NCBI GenBank assembly: GCA_047495785.1
Contig: JBLDXI010000015.1
Span: forward strand, 1,426,001-1,490,000
Direction: 5' to 3'
From: Lepidodermella squamata
Lineage: Eukaryota > Animalia > Gastrotricha
Length of the DNA: 64,000 nucleotides
Shown here: positions 51,076-62,694 of the stretch, in pieces
How the letters are laid out: the number at the start of each line of letters is the position of its first letter
Numbering within the stretch: the first letter of the stretch is position 1
Position numbers and translations under genes: made by a program
Notes under the pieces: generated by a model
The model's input: the letters and a program-made list of their open reading frames with translations, nothing else
Told to the model about the DNA's origin: nothing
Databases searched by the model: none

Positions 51076-51737
51076 TCAAAATAGCTTTTTGTAGAGCCGA
51101 CTCGATTTTGCTGGGCAACCGGAAAGAATTCCACCAAAATCTTTGTAGGTCATCTCTGCTGATACGGAAAACCCCAGCTTGTTTATGTAAATATGCCGCG
51201 TAGCGGCTGAGTCAGCTGAAACCGTGACATACTCGAATCCTTTGCTTTTCAAATTGTCCAAAGCGATGATACGTAAATTTGTGGCTATTCCGGTTCCAAC
51301 ATAACCGCTCAACGTCGCACCCAAGGCGAGCTCTGCAACGGGTCCACCATCAATCACAGACAAAATTTCTGTTGGTAATGTCGTTCTCAGTCGATTCTTC
51401 ATTTCTGTGTTGCGACAGTGGAATATACTGGAATATCATTTTCAAACCATGACGGCATTCTTATGGACTTGCGGAAGAGGTTGCAAGTGATTACGGCGAC
51501 CATTTTTCCGGAGCTGGAATCCTCGGCGTAGTAGCTCAAGCCGAGCTCAATGTCTGTCAAAACGATCGTATGAAGAATGAAGGTAGTCAGTTTCTCAACG
51601 CTAAAATCTCGCTGGGTTCGCCGGACATAAGAAAACACAACGCCGTGTTTGTAGAATTCCTCTGCAAGAAGGCAAGCTGCTTCTTTGGCATGGTTCGTGT
51701 TAAGCACGTGGAATGTGATCAAGGGCTTGCTAGGCAT
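51076..51737 (-). pseudogene. Arylalkylamine N-acetyltransferase (insect AANAT/Dat)-like GNAT split by a frameshift
   Basis: ORF1 (LLAEEFYK...GLSYYAEDSSSGKMVAV) and ORF2 (YVGTGIATNL...KGFEYV...KLGFSVSAEMTYKDF) together make one GNAT fold. They overlap at ATGA, 51402-51399. Confidence 0.7.
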
Positions 51738-52714
51738 TCTATGGTTGTTAAATTACCTTCGAGGTTTCTATATTGAAGTAAACAGTAAATGGGATTCATC
51801 AGCTCGGCCGGCTTCGTTGAACAAAAGATAAGCAGAATATGACTTATAAATTATACAAATTTGGGTCTTCTTGTTACATATAACGCAAGTTTCGTTGGCG
51901 CGCAACATTTTCGGCGGTCCCAAATACACAGAAACAGTGGTAAAAAGCATCGCCATAGCGCAAATATCGCTAGGTAACACGAAACTTTTTCTTGTCTCCG
52001 CTGATTTTGCGTTATAGCGGGAGCTGACCATTGCATGACTGGCGACAATTTTTCCTGAATTTAGAGACGCTTCGGAACCCAAGAAACTCCCTGATATGAC
52101 GCATCATTTTGTCGTTCGTGGTGGCGTTCGGATAGCCCCAAAAGCGAAGATTGGGGGCTACCTGGTAAACATTTCGAAAGAATTTGAATATTCTAATGAA
52201 CTTCATCGCTGATGAGTTCTTCGCAATCGAATCAGACTTTGCATTTAAGATTACAAACTTAAGCTTAATTGAAAGGCTATAGTAAAGGTCTCATGCAGAA
52301 TTTAAAATTCGTTAATTTACTACTGATATACAAAAAATACTATCTAATTAAAAAACCACTGATATGCATTGCATAAGACTGCATAATTGACTGCATAAAT
52401 GCACACCATAGCAGCATTGGTGACAAATCCAGTGCAAGCATCGCTCATAATTCAGCTAGTACCGCTATGTCCCCTAAGCCAGTTTATTGTACAGTAGTAA
52501 AATCCGTATTGACTCACGTGAGCTCAAGTGAGCTTCGCCATTGTCATCATCGTCATCACATGAGCTCAGCTGAACCAACCGAACTCAGTTTAATTAAGCC
52601 GCAAGGTTCACTCATGCCAAATTTTATTTCTTTCGCATTTCATTTTTACCTCCATCTTTGAGTATTTTTCCCGAAAATAATTGGAAAGACTAGGGTTGAC
52701 CATTCACTTTAAAA

Positions 52715-53686
52715 TTAATTACAACCAGGAGCCACTTTATCATGAAACTGGATATTCACATCACAAAACTGATGGGTATTTTCTGTCATATTGAACAATA
52801 ATTGCAAAGCTGCAGATCTGAGGAAACTTTCGGGCCATATTCCGATTTCGCTACGAGATTTCCCCACTTCTTCGACGAAAGAATGAAGATTCGAATTAAC
52901 ATTGCGGAAAGTTGGAACGTGCAACACTTCAAATAGAGCATTGTTTATGTATACTGGAGCGTGAGAAGTTTCATTCCGGAGGGAAGTTATGAATGGCTCA
53001 TTAGCTGGAACATCAATGTTGTATTTCACGATGAATCTGAACATAAACTGGTAGAATTTCCCGGCCAAAGGCACTGGTTGTAGTTCAGCAGGGAAACGGA
53101 AGCCGTATATCGCTTTTCTGTCATCCATTTCTCTGAAAATATCTTGGTTAACTGGATCGGTTAGAGTAGTTCCTGGAGCCATACGCCACAAGTATTTTAC
53201 GTCACTGAGACCAGGATGGTTAAAAATATCCGCGAACCAGAATTGATCGACAAGCTGGCCGACTTCGGCGTGCTCTGAAGTTGAGGCGTAGTCGAATCTT
53301 AGAGGAATTGCATTGACGTAGGCCAAATCAATGGAGTGAAATGAATGGCTCAAATCAGTCCATACGTCGTACGATGGCTCATGAAATATTAATATTTTGT
53401 ATCGGCGATGAAACGGATTATAGTAATGAAACAAATGCTCCAGTGATTTAAATAGACCGGGCGAATCGATTGCAGTAGCGAGGAAGACTGCAACGTTTTC
53501 TGAATGCGGATCAATTCGGCTTACGCGAGAATAATCCGAGTAGACAATGACATGCTGGCGTGGTGTGGTGTGAAAGTACTTGTCGACGTAGATAGGCCAA
53601 GAAATTGCGAATAAACAAAACAAAGCAGTTGCGAACAAAAGATTGATGTAAAGCTGCGGAATTGTGAAACTTTCAGACTTCGGCAT
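52715..53686 (-). CDS. Glycosyltransferase family 15 (Kre2/Mnt1 alpha-1,2-mannosyltransferase)-like type II membrane protein, intronless
   Basis: N-terminal TM segment. KSLEHLFHYYN...YKILIFHE, FWFADIFNHPGLSDVKYLWRM...DIFREMDDRKAIYGF and NALFEVLHVPTFR follow the GT15 motif order. Confidence 0.75.
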   Translation of the reverse strand: MPKSESFTIPQLYINLLFATALFCLFAISWPIYVDKYFHTTPRQHVIVYSDYSRVSRIDPHSENVAVFLATAIDSPGLFKSLEHLFHYYNPFHRRYKILIFHEPSYDVWTDLSHSFHSIDLAYVNAIPLRFDYASTSEHAEVGQLVDQFWFADIFNHPGLSDVKYLWRMAPGTTLTDPVNQDIFREMDDRKAIYGFRFPAELQPVPLAGKFYQFMFRFIVKYNIDVPANEPFITSLRNETSHAPVYINNALFEVLHVPTFRNVNSNLHSFVEEVGKSRSEIGIWPESFLRSAALQLLFNMTENTHQFCDVNIQFHDKVAPGCN

Positions 53687-54648
53687 GGTTATGCATTACT
53701 TCATTCTACTACTCGTTATGCAGTGCAAAACGTCGTATAGGTGTAGGTACCAATCCCAAATTATTAAAACGTGTAGAGCCAATTTTCACTAGAGCATGTA
53801 GACACGCAAAACGATGCACCCAAGGCTCGCGCTAGTTCAATATAATGAATGCGGCTTTGCTCGCGCTGCGGTGTTTACATTGCGCGCGGACTTCCGACCG
53901 CTAGAATGAGAATAACTGATGCTAAATAATAGTAGACATTTCCGATGTATAAAAAACTGGTTACCCTCATCATCTCTCGCGCAATAAGTGGCGAATTTTT
54001 TGCCAGCTCAGCGTTCCGGCCTAGAATCCGGCGAGAGGTGAGGTGGCAATGGGGCTGTGAGCGTGGTGCTTCGTAACTACCTGGAGGGTAAAAAAGCTGC
54101 GATCGTAAGGAAAAAACTTGGCACATGGTGTGGAAAGCGGATGTGTGTAAGAAAATAAACGGCGGCGTTGGTTATAGCAAGTGTGCAGAAGGCAAAACTG
54201 CTTAATGTTTACCGTATTATGCCAGGCGCAGCTGGGTCTATATTTTGGCATAATTGTATAATCCATCGACTTTGATGCTATGCATATCACTTATGATTAT
54301 GATAATATCCATGAATTGTAAACTATCATCTTGTTTTTACTATAGCGGAAAGTTTTTGATACCATTGAAGTACCAAATCGCATTTGGAGTAAATAAAAAT
54401 AGCGGATACGATTTTGCGTTCACTTGCAACTAATGTATTTCTCAGTTTATGTGGGAGCAGTTGATCTCGCACGCTTTAGCAAAAAGTGACTCACGTGCCG
54501 GGAACATTTTTATTTGCATTTCAGTTAAATCTTTTCCCTTTGCTAGTGCAATTTTGCGTGATAACAGGCCATCAAGAACTATTTCATACTAATAGGCTTC
54601 AGCAGAGCAACACTGTTTCATCGTTATCCTTTTGTTCTTTCAAACTAG

Positions 54649-56200
54649 ATGCGAATCAATTTTACGGTTATTATTGCGTTATTATGTGAATGCTGGAACG
54701 TTTTAGCCGAGGACTCAGTGAGGAATCGACTGTTCACATGGATGACGCCATACGATACCTCACGCGCCACGGATTGGGATTCGCTTCTCCGTGACATTCC
54801 AAATACGTGCTCCTTTCAGAGATTAAGTGTCGTTTCCCGGCATGGAACTCGTTCTCCATCGGAGGATCAAATTGAAGCTGCTCGGAAGGTCATTAAAAAA
54901 CTGCGGGATTCGAATTTGACCCTAATTAAAAAGAGCAAACTTCTGGAGCAGCTGATCGGCTGGACAACCGGGCAACAAAGTGGCCAAATGCTGATGCCTC
55001 GTGGCGTTACTGAGCACGAATTTCTTGCCCAGGAATATTTCAATCTATTGTTTCGCAAATACAGAAAAACTGGTCAAGTGAGATTTACCTCAACTGATAC
55101 CACGAGAGCCATAAATAGCTCCTACGCCTTCCGCAATAAATTACTGAGTCTTATCGCAACTGCTGGCGCGAACGGTGACTTCACGATCGGGGAAAATGCT
55201 GTCGATGTCAAAAAACTTCACTTTTTCACATCATGCAATCGCTATGTTAAGCAGATTCGCGAAAATGCTACATCTCGGCCTGAATTTTTCGCCATGAGCA
55301 ACTCACCCCTAGTAACTGATGCTGTTCAGCAATTGAACGTTCGTCTTTACCCGGACACTGCGCAAAGTCCGATGTCAGACCAAGATCCTAGATACATTTC
55401 ATGGGGTAAGATTTTGATAAATTTTTGGAATTTCAGGTGTTTTGTTTTATTTTGCTAGATAATGCCTCCGCGTTGTATTTCATGGCTGGGTATGAAACAG
55501 CGATAAATGGATCGTCTATTTTAGCTGACGCGTTTTTAATTGACGACCTAACCCTGCTCGACTTTGCCGACGATCTGGAGACCTACTGGAAATCCGGGTA
55601 TGGGTATCCACTGAATTACTACAGCGCTTGTGGCCTGATGAACGATCTATTAGCACCTAAAACTGGCGCCAGTGGATCTCCGATTGCCTCGTTTTATTTC
55701 ACTCATTCCGAAGCCATTGTGCCTATTTTTGCCACGCTGGGACTTTTTAACGATTCGAACAGCACATTCACAGCAAATGCAACTATGAGCATGATCCGAC
55801 AGAGAAAATTTCGCGGAGCCAATCAGACCCCATTTGCAGCTAACATCGGGTTGCTCTTTGTAAGCTTCTGATTTTTCATTAGCAGTTGTTGCATGTTGCA
55901 TTAAATTTCTAAATCTCCCTACAGTATGATTGTTTGGACAATTCGAGATCAAGGCAGAAAGAGACTTACCTGGCAGCGGTTGTGAATGGGAAAATGGCTA
56001 TGGGTCTAACGAACCTCGAAAATTTACAATCGCGGCATCCATGGGCGTTTGAATGCGATCAAGAGGCGGTGTGCGACAACATAAGCTGCGAAGGCCGCTT
56101 TGAGCCTACAAAATTAACTTGTGGAGGATTGCGCCCGTTTTCGACAATTCATTTTATACACTTGATTATGTCGTCTATCATTAGTGGCCAAATTTTGTAA
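54649..56200 (+). CDS. MINPP1/phytase-like histidine phosphatase, copy 1 (3 exons, hydrophobic C-terminus)
   Basis: Signal peptide, TPY, RHGTRSP, TRAINSS, DDLETYWKSGYG, FTHSEAI, LGLFND and TPFAANI. Confidence 0.88.
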
Positions 56201-56569
56201 TTATTTCAAGATCTGCTTCATTCGTGACGTTCACTGTAAAATCCTTGTAGCAGCCTTTATAAATTTTTTATGGAGCGAAATAAAATTCGACGATGCTTTT
56301 TTCTTTTCTTACGTGGCCGAGTGAAACAAAGATAGTTGATTATTGTTCAGCTGCCACGGCAAAAAATTCGTACTGCACACTACCACAGATCACTCCATTC
56401 TCTACAGTAGTGCGCACCACTTGCCGGCCGGCGTACCCTTCCAATTTGATCCAGGGGTCGACAGTAGGGTTTCGTTATTTCGGCCAATTAACCTGGGGTA
56501 ATAACGAAACTATATAAGCTAGTCGATTAAGGGCTATTTCACTTCACTCGAGCTACAAGAAGGGTAAGC

Positions 56570-59500
56570 ATGAAATTCGCCGCTCTTTTTCTTACAAGCT
56601 GCTGGCTGGGGTTGGCTCAGTCTCAATCGTTCTACACATGGATGACTCCATACAACACATCCCAGCCAATGGATTGGGATCGAATCCTGCAGAACGTTCC
56701 TGCGCAGTGCACCCTGAAAAATGTCCACTACATCAGCCGTCATGGCACCAGAACGCCCTCGAATGGACAGATTACGGCAGCGTTGACGATCGCGCAAAAG
56801 CTGAAAACGTATCTGGCCACGCTGAGCAACTCTAGCGCAGTTTACAAGCGAATCGAGCCACTTTTCAAGTGGAACACTACGCTGAAGGGCGGCGAAATGC
56901 TTTTGGATCGTGGTGTCAATGAAATGAAATTCCTGGCAAGGAGCTACACTGCCTTGTTCAAGAAATATGGACTAACAGGTGAGCATTCTTGATAAATTTT
57001 AGGCGTAAGACAGGTTGCTGCCTGCTTTAAATTGCGTCGATCGATATTCAGGAACAAATATGTATTTTAAGTCGTCACGACTAGCGATTTATACACCCAT
57101 TATAAAATCATTGTGAAACTAGTAGCCATTCTCGGAGAATGTAGTAGCGGGCAATTTCTCGTTAGCCATTTCACATCGTTATCTGGGGTGTCACAGATCT
57201 CATTCAGAGCTATTGTCAGCGAACGCATCTTTTATTTCCCTTTCAAACAAATCCCTAATTTCACAAAAAACTCGAAAATGACATGAAACAACTGCTACTT
57301 GCGGCATAGAATGCGGAGAACGGAGTTCTCTATGACTTGCGAAATACTCTCTATTGTACAAATTCCGCGCCATCCAAAATGACGCTACAGAAACATTGCC
57401 GCGCCATACTCAGCTTAATTTTGTTAATTTCGTGAAACAGGAAATCTCACCTTCCAATCAACTTCAACCGAACGTGCCCTAAGCAGCTCAGCAGTTTTCA
57501 GACAGCAATGGTACGATCTCCTCCAGAAGTCTCAGCCATACAACAATACCGCATCGTTGACGGACGATGCAAGAAAATTCAACCTGCTCGTCAACAAGCC
57601 TGACGATTTGACACTGTCCTACTTCACCAAATGCGATCGATATGTTGAGGAGATCAAGAACAATGCCAGCACGAGACCCGAATTCACTGGAATGAGCGCG
57701 ACACAGCGAGCACTGAACGTCGTCAGGAATTTCAATCAACGCCTGTTTGATGCCAGCGATGATATCTTGAACTTTGGTATGTCTTCTTGCGACGCTTCCT
57801 TTCTCATCCTAATTAATAAAATTTGCAGACGAAATCTTCTCTCTTTACTACATGGCCGGCTACGAGCTCGCATTCAAAGGGTCGTCGATTTTGGCTGATC
57901 TATTCACTACAGTTGATCTTGAATTTTTTGATTATGCCGACGATGTGGAGGTACAGCCCATTTAGAAGTAAATTAAAGCTTCACACATCTTATTTTATCA
58001 TAGACATGGTGGAAATCTGCATTCCCCTACCAACTCAATTATGACGCTTCTTGTCCACTCACGCACTCAATTTTTGACAACGCCGGAGCTGAACGTTCGC
58101 AGGGAATTTTCCAGTTCACCCATTCCGAATCGATCGTTCCGCTATTCGCAAGATTCGGCCTGTTCAAAGACGACGTTCCTCTACGTGGCAACGCGAGTTG
58201 GGACTTTATTCGACGACGCCTTTTCAAATGTTCCGAGTTGACGCCGTTTGCTGCTAACGTTGCTTTTCTCTTCGTAAGCTACTAACGAAATTTCATAACG
58301 AATTGAATAATGGCCAGTTCAATTTAGTTCAACTGTCCCGGAAGATCAGCAGCTGGTGGCGAAAATGTCGCCGTTCTAGTGAATGGGAAACTGCAACGAC
58401 TCCCGAAAGCGTGTCCGAATTCTGACGCTTGCCCTGTTTCGGATGTTTTCAACGCTTATCCTGAACTCAAGACCTGCGATCCCGCAGCTACCTGCCAGTA
58501 CCGAGATAAGCCAAGCCCTTACGGCACACCCTCTCAAACCACAACCATGGCAGCACCTGTTTCTGCTGCTGCCCCTTCAGCGGCGCAATCAGCGGAAAAA
58601 TCGTTTTACACATGGATGACTCCCTACAACACATCACAGGCCATGAACTGGGACAATATCCTCCAAAGCGTCCCCGGCCAATGCAAATTGAAAAACCTCC
58701 ACTACATCAGCCGCCATGGTACTAGAACGCCTTCAAATGGTCAAATCACCGCCGCATTGGCAGTTGCCAGCAAGCTGAAAAACTATCTCAGCACCGCTGG
58801 TTTGAGCAGCTCGAGTGAATCATACCAGCGCATTGATCGCTTTTCGAAGTGGAATACAACTCTTAAGGGAGGGGAAACACTGCTGGAGCGAGGCATTAAT
58901 GAAATGCGCTATCTTTCCCGCAACTATTACGCCTTGTTTGGGAAATATAATTTAGCAGGTAAATAGCGAAATAGCTTAAAACATTGTAATTATACAGTCC
59001 ACTTTCAGGCAACTTAACCTTCCAATCGACCTCAACTGAGCGCGCCCTCAGTAGCTCAGCGGTTTTCAGGGAGCAGTGGTACAATATGCTGGAAAAAAGT
59101 CAGCCGTACAACAACAACATCACTCTGGAGGACAATTCAAAGAAATTTTCCATTCGATCGAATCAGCCAGATGACAATACGTTGGCCTACTTTAACAAAT
59201 GCGATCGATACGTAGAGGAGATTAAGAACAACGCCACCACCAGGCCGGAATTCACCGGCATGAGCGCGACGCAGCGAGGAATCAACATTGTCAGAAATTT
59301 CAATCAACGCCTCTTTAACTCAACTCAAGACATTTTGAGCTTTGGTAGGTTCCCAGCTCACAAGCCAATACGGTTTATATTTACGTATTTCAACAGATGA
59401 CATTTTCGCCATCTATTATATGACGGGCTATGAGCTTGCGTCTAAAGGTTCTTCCATTTTCACTGAGCTGTTCACTACTACTGATTTAGAATTCTTTGAT

Positions 59501-60107
59501 TACGCTGACGACGTTGAGGTTCGAATAGTACAGTGAAAAGCTTCTGCTATTAATATAAATCTTATTTTTCAGACTTGGTGGAAATCTGCTTTCCCGTATC
59601 AGCTCAACTATGATGCGTCATGCCCATTGACACACTCGATTTTCGACAATGCTGGAAAATCAAGATCGCAAGGAATTTTCCAGTTCACTCATTCCGAATC
59701 GATTGTCCCACTTTTTGCTCGTTTTGGATTCTTTAAGGATGATGTCCCGCTTCGAGGTAATGCTCCTTGGGATTTCATCCGCCAACGTCTTTTCCGCTGC
59801 TCAGAACTGACCCCGTTCGCCGCCAATATCGCCTTTTTATTCGTAAGTCTGAATGGGATTTTATATTTAAAAGATTTCAAAATGTCTTCCTACGCAGTTT
59901 GACTGCCCTGACAGGTCTGCTAATGGAGGTGAAAACGTGGTTGTTCTTGTTAACGGAAAACTCCAACGCTTGCCTAAAGCCTGCCCTAACTTCGACGCGT
60001 GCTCAGTTTCCTCTGTCTTGGCGGCCTATCCCGAGCTGAAAACATGCGATTCAGCCTCGATTTGTCAATACCGAGACCGGCCTAATGTGTACAAAAGCAG
60101 CACTTAG
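56570..60107 (+). CDS. MINPP1/phytase-like copy 2, two complete catalytic domains in one gene (9 exons)
   Basis: One signal peptide. RHGTRTP and FTHSESI each occur twice. Exon ~58328-58958 reads without a stop from the end of domain A through a Ser/Thr/Ala/Pro linker into SFYTWMTPY of domain B. Ends VYKSST*. Confidence 0.88.
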
Positions 60108-60660
60108 ACGATGGCAATCGTCTCTAATCGGCAATCACGTGGAGAATAACTTGAATAGTTACCTAAGAAATTTAACAAAACTGACATTAGCCCTTATTAG
60201 GAATGATGAAAAGAAATGAGAGGAAAATATTCTGCCTTAAGGCGATCAAACTTTCGGTGAATCTTATATCTTAATGGCTACCTGAATATCTGCCCAATTC
60301 ATTATTAACCTGAGAAAATAAAAGTGATGGAGGAAGTCATCGATACGCGTGCCTGGAAGAAATCGCACCAGCTTATATGCGGACGGCCAAAATTTCTTAC
60401 CTTACCTTTACCTTATCAGACGCTCATCTTCCTCAGCACCATTCAAGGTAGAGCATTCGGAGGACACCGTCAATTCTTGCTGCTCTCACTAAAAATTTTC
60501 CCGGTGCCGATGACGTGTAGGTAGAAGCTATTAGATGTAAAACAGCTGTTTCAATAAGCAGCGTGAACTTCGAATAACCAACAGCTAATCGAAGTAAATT
60601 TATTATACATACATTCATTAGCTTTTTAATGTTTAATAAATTCAATTCGTAATATCCCTA

Positions 60661-62209
60661 ATGATATTTCAGTGTTTCATATTGCTGTTAGCTAGCCTAT
60701 TGGAAGCAAAAAGCTCACGACATTTATTTTCTGCATCAATAACTCCTTATGACACGAACCAAACCATGGAATGGGATGAGATACTTCAAAATATACCGCA
60801 GCAATGCTCGCTGAAAAATGTTCACGTGGTTATTCGCCACGGGACTCGAACCCCATATGACAATCAAATATCAGATGCAGTCGCAGCAATAGATAAGTTG
60901 AAGGAGTATGTTCGAAAATCGAGCATCAATTTGAAGCAACTTCAAAGATTATCGGAATGGAAGCTACAGATGCCTGGTGGTTGTTTAATCTTACCTCGTG
61001 GCATCGAAGAAATCAGATTCTTGGCAAGGAACTATTTTCGGCTGATGGAGAGATATAACTTGAGTGGTAAGCTCAATTTTTGATACTGTTAATTCTTGAA
61101 AGATTTTATTCCAATTCAGGGAACCTGCAATTCTCCTCGACAAATACTCAGCGTACACTAAAAAGCTCCTCAACGTTCAGGAAGACATTTTATGAACTGC
61201 TAAATAGTTCCCCGCCGTATTCTGACAAGGCAACTCTAGAGACAAAGAGCTTTACCATATTTCCAAACAAAATTGATGTCACTGTTCTGGAATTTTTTAA
61301 AACGTGTGAGAGATATTATAAGGCAATCGGCAAAAATAAGACGGCAATACCCGAGTTTGCCAATCTAGGTTCAGCAGAAAATGCTGGCAAGCTAGTTCAT
61401 GCTTTGAACAAGAGGCTTTTTGATGGAAATTTCGTGTTGAATTACGGTACGTTGTGCAGTATAAATGTAAACACTTCTCACTTATTACTTGAATTCAGAT
61501 GACATATACGCCCTTTATTTCATGTTGGGTTACGAGCTGGCCGATGACGGGTCATCCGTACTAGCAGATATCTTCACTAATTCCGATCTCGAGTTCCTGG
61601 ATTATGCGGATGACCTCGGAGTAAGTCGTCCTTAAGTTCCAAGCAAATTATAGTAGTTATTTTGACAATCTCGCTAGTCATGGTGGCAATCTTCATACGG
61701 CTATCGTTTGAATTACGACGCTACGTGCCCGTTAACTCACTCGATATTCGACAATGTTGGGAAGCGGCGTGATGTTGGCATTTTTCAGTTCTCGCATTTG
61801 GAAGCCATTTTACCCCTGTTGACTCGGCTAGATTTGTTTGAAGATAACGAGCCTCTTCTAGGAAACTCCAGTTGGAGCTTCATCAAAAACCGTAACTTCC
61901 GCGTGTCGGCGATAACTCCTTTCGCAGCAAATGTTGCGTTCCTATTCGTAAATTGTTTATCCTATAATATAGATTTACATTTCAGATTCTGCTTCTCGTT
62001 TTTAGTTTGATTGCCCGCCAAGCGGTGCTGAAGAACATCTAGCTGTGGTGTTGAATGGGAAAATAGAGCGCTTGCCAAAAGCTTGTCCGGATTCCGACAT
62101 TTGCCCTCTGACGAAAGTCTTTCAAGGATACCCTGAACTTCAAAAATGCGACTCTGCGGCAATTTGTCAATATAGAGATCATCCTAATCCCTATAGATCA
62201 AGGAATTGA
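60661..62209 (+). CDS. MINPP1/phytase-like copy 3 (5 exons)
   Basis: Signal peptide, RHGTRTP, FSHLEAI and TPFAANV. Ends PYRSRN*. Intron positions match those of the copy 2 domains. Confidence 0.88.
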
Positions 62210-62694
62210 AATCCTTAGGTCGAGTAGCATGATTCATATTATGGAGATCTCTTTTGATCCAACACATATCGTAGGTGCAGTTGAAAAGGTCGGATTTAGG
62301 GGACAAGTATAAATCAGCATAGTTTTACGTAAACGCGAGGGAAAACTTGTTACCTTTTATTTCACATCGTGCAGACGTGAATAAACCTAAATTCGACTTT
62401 TTCAACAGCGCTAAGATGTGATTCGTGCTGCTTATGTTTAAGTCCCATAGAAGATAACTGTACCGGTGCCAGAATTTAAAATAAATGTCTTAATTGAAAG
62501 GAAAAGCGATTTTTATTTGGAAAAGCGATTGAGTATGTACTCATTTCACCTTCTAGCTGTTTTAAACTTCATATTAGTATAAGGTTATTAGGCTGCTGCT
62601 TTTGTTTTCGACTCCTCATAATCAAGTATTTCCTTGTGTACTGCACTGTTAAAGATAAAAACTCGAGCTATTTTAACAATGCTTCATTCATTGT

